Below, in pieces: positions 9,292 to 17,497 of a DNA stretch of 64,000 nt. Where the stretch lies: contig CBDCLE010000002.1 in NCBI GenBank assembly GCA_965218585.1, forward strand, positions 96,001-160,000, given 5' to 3'. Under the pieces are notes generated by a model. The model was not told the DNA's origin. It made no database searches and worked only from the letters and a program-made list of their open reading frames with translations. The stretch is from Terriglobia bacterium (GTDB lineage: Bacteria; Acidobacteriota; Terriglobia; 20CM-2-55-15). How positions within the stretch are numbered: the first letter of the stretch is position 1; the number at the start of each line of letters is the position of its first letter. A program made the position numbers and the translations under genes.

Positions 9292-10155
9292 CTACCGGCC
9301 TTCGGCCTCCTGAAGCATCGCGTCGAATCGGGTCTCGACGCCCTCCACGTAACCCCTCCACCCTTCCGCGTCAAAGCAGGTCACACACCCCGAATCGACA
9401 GGAAGAGCCGGGTCCAACTCGCGGGGCGGATTCTGCGGGTGGTTGTGGAGAAAGAGGTCGGGAGGTTCGAGATCCCTCAGCCGTAGAAGCGTCCTCTGCG
9501 TATCGGCCACAACCGTCGGGTGCCTGGGATTGTTGAAGAGCTGAACGCCAGCGTTCGGAATTTCGCCGCCACGGAAAGCGACGGAGTAGGCATTCCCACC
9601 CTGCTGGGCAGTTGTCATCCACATCGTTGCTCCTTGCGTGTGGCCACCTGTCCAGAGGGCGCGTAACGTTACCCCGCCCAACGCGACGGTGTCACCGTCC
9701 TCGATCACGCGATCCACCGTGACAGGCTCCCAGCCTCGGGCTCCGAGAGCCGAGTTGTCCTGGCCTGACTGGAGCGCCACCGCGTCGCCGCCGAGCGCGA
9801 CAACTTGCGCGCCGGTCACCCGCTTCATTGCCGCATGTCCCTCAACGTGGTCCCAATGCGCATGGCTCGAGATCATGATCCGAATGTCCCGGACGTTGAA
9901 CCCAAGTTTCTCGACGTTCGACACGATGAGCGCATGCATATCGGCGCTGCCCGTGTCGTGGAGAATGTGACCCTCTGGCGTGGTTATGAGATAGGAGCCA
10001 TATTGGCCGCCGACATAGTAGATATTGCCTATGACGCGGAACGGTTCCACGCCTTGGCTCTCCGCTTGACTCCGCTCGCCTCGCTCCGCTGCACCATACG
10101 GGGACACCGATAGCATCGCAGCACTCAGCAATACCAACGCACATATCAGACGCAT
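9292..10155 (-). CDS. Subclass B3 metallo-beta-lactamase-fold protein, secreted
   Basis: Signal peptide, EPFRVIGNIYYVG, SYLITTPEGHIL, SHAHWDH, GGHTQG, HNHP. Confidence 0.88.
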   Translation of the reverse strand: MRLICALVLLSAAMLSVSPYGAAERGERSQAESQGVEPFRVIGNIYYVGGQYGSYLITTPEGHILHDTGSADMHALIVSNVEKLGFNVRDIRIMISSHAHWDHVEGHAAMKRVTGAQVVALGGDAVALQSGQDNSALGARGWEPVTVDRVIEDGDTVALGGVTLRALWTGGHTQGATMWMTTAQQGGNAYSVAFRGGEIPNAGVQLFNNPRHPTVVADTQRTLLRLRDLEPPDLFLHNHPQNPPRELDPALPVDSGCVTCFDAEGWRGYVEGVETRFDAMLQEAEGR

Positions 10156-10468
10156 AACGGCCTCCTTAACAATAGTGCGTGTCGCAAGTCCGCTTCCGGA
10201 CGGTATGGAATGGAATTTCGATTCTTGGATGAGCTGGATCACGTTCTTGGTCCGGAGTTCGTTAGAATGCAGGAGAGCCTTGCCGAGATCCAGGCACTCA
10301 GTCGAATCTTGCAGGACTGAAAGTCCTCAACTCCTCCAAATTGTCTCGTTCCGATCGTCACTCTGGTCTGCCGTCATGCCGCGCAACTGCGATGATTCGT
10401 GATATCCGGGCGAAGTTCCGAGATGAACGGCAGTGCTCACGAACTCACTGAAGCCTGACTGTGGGTCA

Positions 10469-11104
10469 TCAGCGAAGCTCTGTGCCTCCCCTTCGGTCGT
10501 CAGTAACAAACTTGTCCCTGGCGGGCATCTCGACCCGTGGGAGCGTGTCGGCGTTCATCACCGCGTCCTCGCTGATAATGTCATTCAGATAGAGAAGATA
10601 AGCGGTCAGGCTGTAGACCTCGTTCGGTTCGAGTGTGCCTGGCGCGTCGAACGGCATCGCGCGGAAGGTGTAGTCGTACAGGGTAGTAGCAAACGGCCAG
10701 TAGTTACCGATCGTTCTTGCGAGCGAGGGCTCGTTGCCGAACGGAAATCCTTCACGTGGCTCTCGTCCGACGAGCTGATCGAACGGCTGGCCCTCGCCGT
10801 TCGGGCCGTGGCACATCCCACACTTTTCGATGTACAGCTGTTGACCCTGCTCGGCGGTGCCGCTGCCAGCCGGCAGGCCCCGGCCGTCTGGTGTGACGTC
10901 GATATCCCAGGCCGCGATCTCAGCTTCCGTGGCAGGGCGGCCGAAACCGAACCGCTGCGGCTGCTGTTCGGTGCCCTGCTGGGCCTGCATGTAGATCGGA
11001 ACTGCCAACAGCACGACACCCAATGCCCTCACCACGCTTACGCCGAAACCGACGCGTACAAGTCGATACCTTGACATCAATCCGTTACTCCATCCGGGTC
11101 GCAA
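10469..11104 (-). CDS. soxD: Monoheme cytochrome c, SoxD-like
   Basis: FGRPATEAEIAAWDIDVTPDGRGLPAGSG, CGMCHG, YWPFATTLYDY..AMP; directly downstream of soxC. Confidence 0.85.
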   Translation of the reverse strand: MRPGWSNGLMSRYRLVRVGFGVSVVRALGVVLLAVPIYMQAQQGTEQQPQRFGFGRPATEAEIAAWDIDVTPDGRGLPAGSGTAEQGQQLYIEKCGMCHGPNGEGQPFDQLVGREPREGFPFGNEPSLARTIGNYWPFATTLYDYTFRAMPFDAPGTLEPNEVYSLTAYLLYLNDIISEDAVMNADTLPRVEMPARDKFVTDDRRGGTELR

Positions 11105-11170
11105 TCTGCGGTGGTGAGGAAGCTCATTCAGTTTTCAGTTCTCAAGTGGCTGTGGCCCCGAGCTCCGCTC

Positions 11171-12436
11171 CTACCCATCCACCGCAAACACCGTCGACCC
11201 ATCCTGGCGCACACGGCACCCACGGATGTGGTTGTAGTGATAGCTCGTGCCGATACCGCGCACGGCAATCAGCTCGTCGAGCGTCGGCTGCACGTAGCCC
11301 GTCTCGTCAGTCGCGCGGCTCAGGATGACGGTTTCCTCTCCCTGCCAGTTGAACACCGCGCGAAACCGCGTGTGGCAGATCGGCAGCACCGGATCCTGTA
11401 GCTGGGCGTCCTGCCACGTACGGCCACCGTCGGTCGTGATCTCGACCCGCACGATCCTGCCGCGGCCGCTCCACGCCAGCCCGGAGATCTCCCACCACCC
11501 GCGCTCGGATAACGTATCGGGGTAGGCTGGGAATGTGATGATCGACTTTGCGTCCATCGTGAAGCTGAATTGACGCGCCGTGCCGTCCGGCAGCGGGTCG
11601 GTGTACTTGGACGTTTCCTCGCGCGTCATGAAGGCCTCGTCGCCGACTTCGATGCGACGGATCCACTTGATGCTGGAGTTGCCTTCCCAGCCCGGCAGGA
11701 ACAGGCGCACCGGATATCCCTGCTCCGGCCGCAGCGCCTCACCGTTCTGCCCATACGCAATCAGCGCGTCATCCATCACCTTGGACATCGGGATACTGCG
11801 CGTCATGACCGCTGCGTCGGCACCTTCCGCCAGGATCCACGTGGCTTCAGCAGGCACCCCAACCTCCTGCATGAGCGTCGCCAACGGCACGCCTATCCAT
11901 TCGCTGGTGCTCGTCAGGCCGTCGACCGCCTGGGGCGTGCGTTCCTCGGTCGCGCGGTCGCGATAGGAGCCGCCGCCGTTGCCGGAGCATTCCATGAAGT
12001 GGATGACCGAGCGTGAGGGGAACCGCCTCAGATCGGCCACCGTGAACATCGTCGGCCGATCGACCATACCGTGGATGAGCAACGTGTGTCTTTCCGGGTC
12101 GATGTCCGGGATGCCACCGTGATGCCGCTCGAAGTGCAGGTCGGACGGCGTGATGATGCCGTCGAGATCCTGGTGCGGCGTACGGGAGCTGGTCGGCCGC
12201 TCGCTGGAGTACAGCCGCCTAGGCTGCTCGAATGCTGACCTCGTGCCCAGCTCACTGGCGCCTCGCCCTTGGACCTTAGTTGGATCGTCGGGCACCGTCG
12301 GCTGCTCTTGCTGCCGGGCATGCGCCTTGCCGAACGGCATGGCAGCCGTACCCAGGACGCTAGCCGTGCCTACCAGCATGGCGCGGCGACTGATCGGTTG
12401 CCGGGGGGAGCTGCTCCGGGTGATCTGCTTAGCCAC
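11171..12436 (-). CDS. soxC: Sulfite dehydrogenase molybdopterin subunit SoxC, Tat-exported
   Basis: SRRAML Tat motif, ITPSDLHFERHH, ECSGN, QNGEALRPEQGYPVRL, SIKW; GTG start with GAGGAG RBS. Confidence 0.92.
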   Translation of the reverse strand: MAKQITRSSSPRQPISRRAMLVGTASVLGTAAMPFGKAHARQQEQPTVPDDPTKVQGRGASELGTRSAFEQPRRLYSSERPTSSRTPHQDLDGIITPSDLHFERHHGGIPDIDPERHTLLIHGMVDRPTMFTVADLRRFPSRSVIHFMECSGNGGGSYRDRATEERTPQAVDGLTSTSEWIGVPLATLMQEVGVPAEATWILAEGADAAVMTRSIPMSKVMDDALIAYGQNGEALRPEQGYPVRLFLPGWEGNSSIKWIRRIEVGDEAFMTREETSKYTDPLPDGTARQFSFTMDAKSIITFPAYPDTLSERGWWEISGLAWSGRGRIVRVEITTDGGRTWQDAQLQDPVLPICHTRFRAVFNWQGEETVILSRATDETGYVQPTLDELIAVRGIGTSYHYNHIRGCRVRQDGSTVFAVDG

Positions 12437-12611
12437 TGATGTCTCCTCAAGATTTACATTGGGTGATTCGCGTAGGATACCGGGAATATACCATGGAGCG
12501 CATGTGAGTGGCGAACCACCAGTGCTACTATCTGCTGGGTTCACTTCATGCTCACTCGGGCTCGGAGACACGGGTGGGACTGACAGGCAAGAAGACCTAA
12601 AAACTCGCTAA

Positions 12612-12640
12612 AGAATACTAAGGGAGGGGTTTGTAAGCAA
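12612..12640 (-). promoter_or_regulatory. Repeat-associated sigma70-type promoter (TTGCTT-N17-TATTCT) upstream of soxC
   Basis: Identical to 9117-9145. Confidence 0.7.
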
Positions 12641-12676
12641 TCAGAAGGTCAACGCTTGTATTTAGGCCAATTCTCA

Positions 12677-12704
12677 ACGTCCGACAAGATGATTTATCAG
12701 GCGT
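12677..12704 (+). repeat. 28-bp 11-6-11 site, copy 10
   Basis: ACGTCCGACAA-GATGAT-TTATCAGGCGT; the block at about 12604-12765 closely matches about 9109-9266. Confidence 0.85.
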
Positions 12705-12725
12705 TGAGAATCATTTCATGGTCGT

Positions 12726-12779
12726 TTAGGGAACCGGGACCCGCTCCCTCAGTTCTCCAAACCAGTTGAGAACAACGTA
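12726..12779 (-). pseudogene. Ser/Thr kinase C-terminal remnant (YVVLNWFGELRERVPVP-stop)
   Basis: Direct translation. Confidence 0.75.
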
Positions 12780-12843
12780 GGTCGAACGGCAACTCCCATC
12801 GCTCGTACGAAACACGTAAACGCTATTAGGCGGCAGGGAATGA

Positions 12844-13239
12844 CTATGTGGCAACCGGTTGCCACGTCACAAGCGCCACCTGCCACTCGCCGCCCGTCCT
12901 CCGTAGGATCCATAGATGCGTTCCCGCCGTAACCCTCACCTCGGAGCTTCCTGCAGCGGCATAGCGCGTGCTGTAAGTACTAGTCTTGTACGCGAACGAA
13001 TCGCTCCCACGAATCTGGATGTCGGCCGTCTGGATTTCTCGAATCTCGACACCCGGCTCTGCCAACAACTCTCTAGCCGCTACCTTGCCAACAAGTAGCT
13101 CCGAGTTAGGAACAAGCCACTGCACGTCGTCGGTGCATAGTTGCAGCACCCCCAGAACATCTCCGTCCAACTCCCTGGCGATCCACCGATCGTGAAGGTT
13201 TCTAATTTCCTGAAGATCTCGGTGGGATAGGTCGGACAT
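12844..13239 (-). CDS. NTF2/SnoaL-like (DUF4440/YybH) protein
   Basis: Small alpha/beta pattern: LCTDDV, VGK, C-terminal ILRRTGGEWQV. Confidence 0.8.
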   Translation of the reverse strand: MSDLSHRDLQEIRNLHDRWIARELDGDVLGVLQLCTDDVQWLVPNSELLVGKVAARELLAEPGVEIREIQTADIQIRGSDSFAYKTSTYSTRYAAAGSSEVRVTAGTHLWILRRTGGEWQVALVTWQPVAT

Positions 13240-13308
13240 GGCCTCACCCGTGACACATCCTACCGTTACGTGCAACACAAGCTGTCACGAACTGAACCTT
13301 TCGATGTT

Positions 13309-13347
13309 TCACTGCACCGGAACCCGTTCCTTCAGTTCTTCAAACCA
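13309..13347 (-). pseudogene. Ser/Thr kinase C-terminal remnant (WFEELKERVPVQ-stop)
   Basis: Direct translation (end of ORF 13309-13548). Confidence 0.7.
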
Positions 13348-13599
13348 GGGTCGAAAGTCGTTCCGAACCAGACTGGACTCCAGGCTGGTAAGTTCATGAC
13401 TTTCATAGCATTTCGCGGAGCTAAGCGAAGCGTGCAAAAAGTGGATGCCTGAACTCACTCCACCGGCACGCGCTCGCGCAGCTCTTGGAACCAGTTCTGG
13501 GCGATGTTGATTCGAGGTGTGGAGCAGCGGCACGGACTGCTCCGGCAACGTCGTTCCTCCAACTACAGAGGAACGATCTATCGCCCCGTTTTTCCGGCT

Positions 13600-13989
13600 T
13601 TACTGCCCGGGATTACGAATGTTGAAGACGCGGCCGTCCTCGGTGGTCACCTGATAAATGAGGACGCCTCTCATGCCGTTCGCATGCGGGGGATTACCCG
13701 AAACGGTAATTCGAGTGCCGGGCGCGATCGTGTCGTTGCCGGCGTAACCGGCTTCTCTCATGCCCTGTAGCGAAGCCGAGGTTCCTACCCACCGCTCGCC
13801 GTTTTCGTCGGTCCATGCGAGCTGCGAATGTGGGTTCATTATCCTAGCTCCCACCAGGGTTCCGGCTACCTCTATCTGAGCCTCGGTATTCCAAAACGTC
13901 GTAACCGAGTGGTGTGCGACGGCAGAGACACTCAGCGAAACAAGGATCCCCACCGCCCACAATGCTGAAACCCAAGTACGAATTCTCAT
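13600..13989 (-). CDS. DUF6152-like secreted protein
   Basis: Signal peptide then AHHS, NPHS, PG..ITVSGNP, DGR tail. Confidence 0.8.
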   Translation of the reverse strand: MRIRTWVSALWAVGILVSLSVSAVAHHSVTTFWNTEAQIEVAGTLVGARIMNPHSQLAWTDENGERWVGTSASLQGMREAGYAGNDTIAPGTRITVSGNPPHANGMRGVLIYQVTTEDGRVFNIRNPGQ

Positions 13990-14054
13990 GACCATTACTC
14001 CTAATGTTCTCATCAAGGTTGGTCTAGGACTCTTGAGCCCTCACCACATTCTCA

Positions 14055-14873
14055 CTACCGATTGATGGAAATGTCGGCACCATATGGATCCGGAACCGTC
14101 CCTTCCACTTCGAACAGGTTATATTCCGGATCGCAGTTATACACGCCCATCGGCACATGTTCAGCATCCCGCGTCATCATGTGGCTCCACGTAAAAGGCC
14201 TCAACAGCATGAGAGGATCCTCGAGCGTGATGGTCACTCTCATTGTGTCCTCGTCCAGCAACATATAACGCTCAGTGACCTTTTTCATGTCCGAACTGGG
14301 AATATGGAGATGGTCGTCGATTCCATCCACGTCGAATGTGAAATTCGTCGTCTCGATAACGAATTCGTTGTCTCCCTCGAAGCGACCTCTCGAATACCCC
14401 GTAAACCAGGAATCCCTGGGGTGTGGGGCATCTCGCCCGTCCATCCAGACGTGGCGGGTGTGCCAGTAGTAACTCTGTATGATCTGCAGTTCGACCTCGG
14501 ACACGAATCTCCACGTGTGGATCATCCCATCCAACGCGGCGGGTACCGTCGGCGGTTTGCAGTGCCATTTCGGTGAGAGGTATTCATCGCGGCGAAAGAT
14601 CTCCGTTAAGGCCAATGCCCGAGGGCTCAAGTAAGGTTCTAGGTCATTGTACGGAATCGAACACCGGATCACGGGGTTGCCCACTGTATTCGTAAGATGC
14701 CCACAGGCTTCAGACTGATTGAAATCGTTACCCATGATATTCCACGACCCGTGGAAGGCCGGCGGCCACGAATTTGCCTGGGCCTTGAGGTCCTCGGTGC
14801 CCACCAGCGTGACGGCGGTTAGCAAGGCAAGTGTTGCCAACAAACTCCACGCTTTTTGTGTCCATGAATGCAT
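14055..14873 (-). CDS. Secreted hypothetical protein associated with DUF6152
   Basis: Signal peptide; CxPxxxP, RHVWMDGR, GYSRGRFEGD, IETTNF, TERY, LEDP, YNC. Confidence 0.8.
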   Translation of the reverse strand: MHSWTQKAWSLLATLALLTAVTLVGTEDLKAQANSWPPAFHGSWNIMGNDFNQSEACGHLTNTVGNPVIRCSIPYNDLEPYLSPRALALTEIFRRDEYLSPKWHCKPPTVPAALDGMIHTWRFVSEVELQIIQSYYWHTRHVWMDGRDAPHPRDSWFTGYSRGRFEGDNEFVIETTNFTFDVDGIDDHLHIPSSDMKKVTERYMLLDEDTMRVTITLEDPLMLLRPFTWSHMMTRDAEHVPMGVYNCDPEYNLFEVEGTVPDPYGADISINR

Positions 14874-14964
14874 GGTTGCTGCTCCTTGTACTTGTTGCGG
14901 GTTCAGAGTTTGTATATCACCACAATGTCAAATATCCAGCATGAAATTGTGGGCCCGCGGCCTC

Positions 14965-15363
14965 CTACGGTGCCGGCTCCGGATCCGGCCCTCCGCCGTA
15001 TCTCCTCCCGTCGGGAAGAGTGATTGAGGACAACTGGCCCGCGAGGGCTTCCGTAACGGAAGGAAAAGCGACAACGGTCACTTCTTGACCGACCGGCAAG
15101 GTCACTGGGGTAAAACCCGTAAAGATGAAGCCGCGAATGGAACCGCCTTCGAGAGCCCAATTGAGCACTTCGCCCCCTTCGTCCTTCACGTCGATATAGA
15201 GTGACGCATGGGGACTCCGTAGGACGAACTCCGTGACGGTGCCGCGCAATGTGACCGGATTCCTCCTGTCAACCGATAGTGGTGTCGAGTGATGCCCGTC
15301 GAGCGATCCAGAGAAGATAGACAGGACGGCAAACAAGCCGAAAACCGTGGCCAACCTTTTCAA
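14965..15363 (-). CDS. DUF6152-like secreted protein
   Basis: GHHS, GTVTEF, SPHA, WALEG, LPDGR. Confidence 0.82.
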   Translation of the reverse strand: MKRLATVFGLFAVLSIFSGSLDGHHSTPLSVDRRNPVTLRGTVTEFVLRSPHASLYIDVKDEGGEVLNWALEGGSIRGFIFTGFTPVTLPVGQEVTVVAFPSVTEALAGQLSSITLPDGRRYGGGPDPEPAP

Positions 15364-15422
15364 CAGGTAGTCTCCAATTACCGCAGATTCCTCTCCGGTT
15401 TTCTCGTGAGTCTGTCTGTAGG

Positions 15423-15593
15423 ACGTTCAAATCGGGCAAGCCGATCAGCATCCTCGGCAAACTCCTCAGGCGTTGTCTTAATAGCCACCTCACGCCCGAG
15501 CTTCGTGTCCCGAGCACGCCACACCTCACCCATTCCACCCTTCCCTAAGAGCGTTGAGATCTCGTAGTGGCCGAGTTTGGTGCCGGATTCCAT
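15423..15593 (-). pseudogene. Ser/Thr protein kinase N-terminal fragment (Gly-rich loop and VAIK only)
   Basis: [47 protein letters not shown], after which homology stops. Confidence 0.9.
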
Positions 15594-15644
15594 GTCTTTA
15601 GAGTGTTGTGCGGTCACAGACCGCACCTACAGAAATTCCGGCTA

Positions 15645-15674
15645 AATATAACTACAGGTGGGAGTTATTCGCAA
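15645..15674 (-). promoter_or_regulatory. Repeat-associated sigma70-type promoter (TTGCGA-N18-TATATT) upstream of the kinase fragment
   Basis: Same position relative to the reverse 28-bp site as at 5620-5687. Confidence 0.55.
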
Positions 15675-15685
15675 GAAAAGTCTCA

Positions 15686-15713
15686 AGTCCTCGCAAACGA
15701 TCTTCTCGGACGT
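15686..15713 (-). repeat. 28-bp 11-6-11 site, copy 11 (reverse), right boundary of the array
   Basis: Reverse complement is ACGTCCGAGAA-GATCGT-TTGCGAGGACT; 15661-15717 closely matches about 113-169. Confidence 0.85.
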
Positions 15714-15890
15714 TGAACTTTGCTTGGATCCGACCAGAGTCCTTCAGGTCAATGTTTTCCTGGAGTTGAGGTACCCGGGGGTTCCTAGAATCGGTCAACT
15801 ATATATTCCCCCTCGAACACACGTTCCTGACCATCAGCGCAGGAAGTGAGGAGTTCACATGAGGTTCGGAGAGGGATCGGCCGCGGGGAT

Positions 15891-16151
15891 CTAAACTTCG
15901 GGAGAGCGGGTGAAGAGTTCGACCATATAGTCGTTGAGGTTCCCGTACAACAATCCCTGGAAACTCCATCTGAACTGAGGATGACCGATTTCTCGTTCTG
16001 TCAGAGTGAAATGATACTCAGTCGAATGAACCTCTCGGATCTTGGAGCGCACACACACATCGACACCGTCCGCTGATTCCTCTGCCGAAAACTCGAAAAA
16101 AGGATGCTCGTAGAGTTCTAATTCAAGCAGGACCTTTCTCTTCAAGTCCAT
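15891..16151 (-). CDS. Hypothetical protein (86 aa), coupled to the upstream exonuclease gene
   Basis: ATG overlaps the upstream stop codon; plausible composition. Confidence 0.65.
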   Translation of the reverse strand: MDLKRKVLLELELYEHPFFEFSAEESADGVDVCVRSKIREVHSTEYHFTLTEREIGHPQFRWSFQGLLYGNLNDYMVELFTRSPEV

Positions 16152-17497
16152 CAGCCAGCCACAAACCCTTCGCGTCTTTGCGCCTTTGCGGCAAAGATCT
16201 GCGCCTCTGCAAGTCTCGGTTCGGCATCTCTGATGACTCTTTGCATTTTCTTCTCGATTCGTTTCTTCCGGGCTTCTAAACGGGCGCGGCGGCGTTCCAT
16301 CCATGACAGGCCGGCGGTCCGGTCCAAAGCTTCATCGAGCACCTTTGACGCTGCCTCCAGGTCCTTACCATGATATTCGTGAAAGATAGAAGCGCCTTCG
16401 TACCCGACGATGCTGAACTCGGAACGCTGCATCAACTCCTCACACCTCTGGAAGGAACGGGTGTGTTCTCCCATTCGCCGGTAGAGTACAGACAGACGTT
16501 CTAAAATCCGGACCCGCACTTCGGGGGGCAGTGGCGAAGCCAACGCTATTTCAAAACAGCGAACGCTTTTGGAGCGATTTCTAGCCTTGTCGAACACCCT
16601 GCCCAGGGAATAAACGTCCAGGGCGTCGTCCAGTGGCGCCGGCTCACGAACAACCCCGTCTGCCGCATGAATAGCAAGCGCGGCCAGGGAGAGGATGTCG
16701 TAGACGTGATGGGAGAACACCCTTGTGAGGGTCGTCGCATCGGACGACTGCAAATAGTCAAAATAAGCTCTGGGGATCATCGAACCAGGAATGTCCGGAC
16801 CACGCCCGAACCCGACGAGCTTCTCTTCAAGCGCGGTCAACCGGCAGCTCCCGTGACCGGCCCGCCATAACCTGCGTGCTATGAACAGAAGATCGAAGTG
16901 AGACATGTGCTCGAAAGGACTTTCGAGACGTGACAGGACGCAGCGGTTCCGAACCAGCGGCAGGTCAAATGTCCGGCCGTTGTAGGTCACGATCAGTTCG
17001 AATCGCTCGAGGAACTCACCGAGGGCCAGTAACATCGACCCTTCCTCGTCGAAATCGCGTATGAAATATTGAACAACGTGAAACTGATCTCCGCTAAAGA
17101 AGCCCATTCCTATCAGAAACGGGCACATGCCCACACCACCGTGCACACCCGTCGTTTCCGTATCCAGAAAGACGATTCGCTCTCGGTCCAGGTTCTTATG
17201 CGAACAACCGGCAAGATCGAGCAACACAGAAAGGTCGTCGACCGACAATCGATCCAGACGGACGTTACCGTGAAAGTGAGGGTCGGGATATGAATTCGTA
17301 ATGACGTAGTGTTCGCCTTGAGCGGTCGATTCGATTCGGCCATCGGGCAAGGAACACATAGGTGGGCCAGAAATTCTCGCGCGAGAAGTTTCGGAACCGG
17401 GAGGGTCTTTGAGAAATTTGAGCTGATCGGAAATCGAAAACCGAGGCGAAGCAGTCTCACCTCTAAGACGGTTCAGCGCCTTTCGAAACTGGGTCAT
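16151..17497 (-). CDS. RNase H-like DEDD exonuclease with TPR-like tail (YprB/MrfB-like)
   Basis: FLDTETTG, VTYNGRTFDLP, HFDLL, DIPG..IP..YF, YDILSL; adjacent to the helicase. Confidence 0.88.
   Translation of the reverse strand: MTQFRKALNRLRGETASPRFSISDQLKFLKDPPGSETSRARISGPPMCSLPDGRIESTAQGEHYVITNSYPDPHFHGNVRLDRLSVDDLSVLLDLAGCSHKNLDRERIVFLDTETTGVHGGVGMCPFLIGMGFFSGDQFHVVQYFIRDFDEEGSMLLALGEFLERFELIVTYNGRTFDLPLVRNRCVLSRLESPFEHMSHFDLLFIARRLWRAGHGSCRLTALEEKLVGFGRGPDIPGSMIPRAYFDYLQSSDATTLTRVFSHHVYDILSLAALAIHAADGVVREPAPLDDALDVYSLGRVFDKARNRSKSVRCFEIALASPLPPEVRVRILERLSVLYRRMGEHTRSFQRCEELMQRSEFSIVGYEGASIFHEYHGKDLEAASKVLDEALDRTAGLSWMERRRARLEARKKRIEKKMQRVIRDAEPRLAEAQIFAAKAQRREGFVAG

Noticed and set aside
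113-15717. CRISPR array interpretation of the 28-bp repeats
   Set aside because: Copies are up to several kb apart, separated by whole genes, degenerate and in mixed orientation; no cas genes are present.
113-15717. Classical integron attC array
   Set aside because: The sites lack RYYYAAC/GTTRRRY ends, are shorter than typical attC sites, cargo occurs on both strands, and no intI is in the window.
15743-15788. Possible inverted kinase-tail remnant (QVNVFLELRYPGVP)
   Set aside because: Similarity to QINIILDWFEELRERVPVP is too weak to count.
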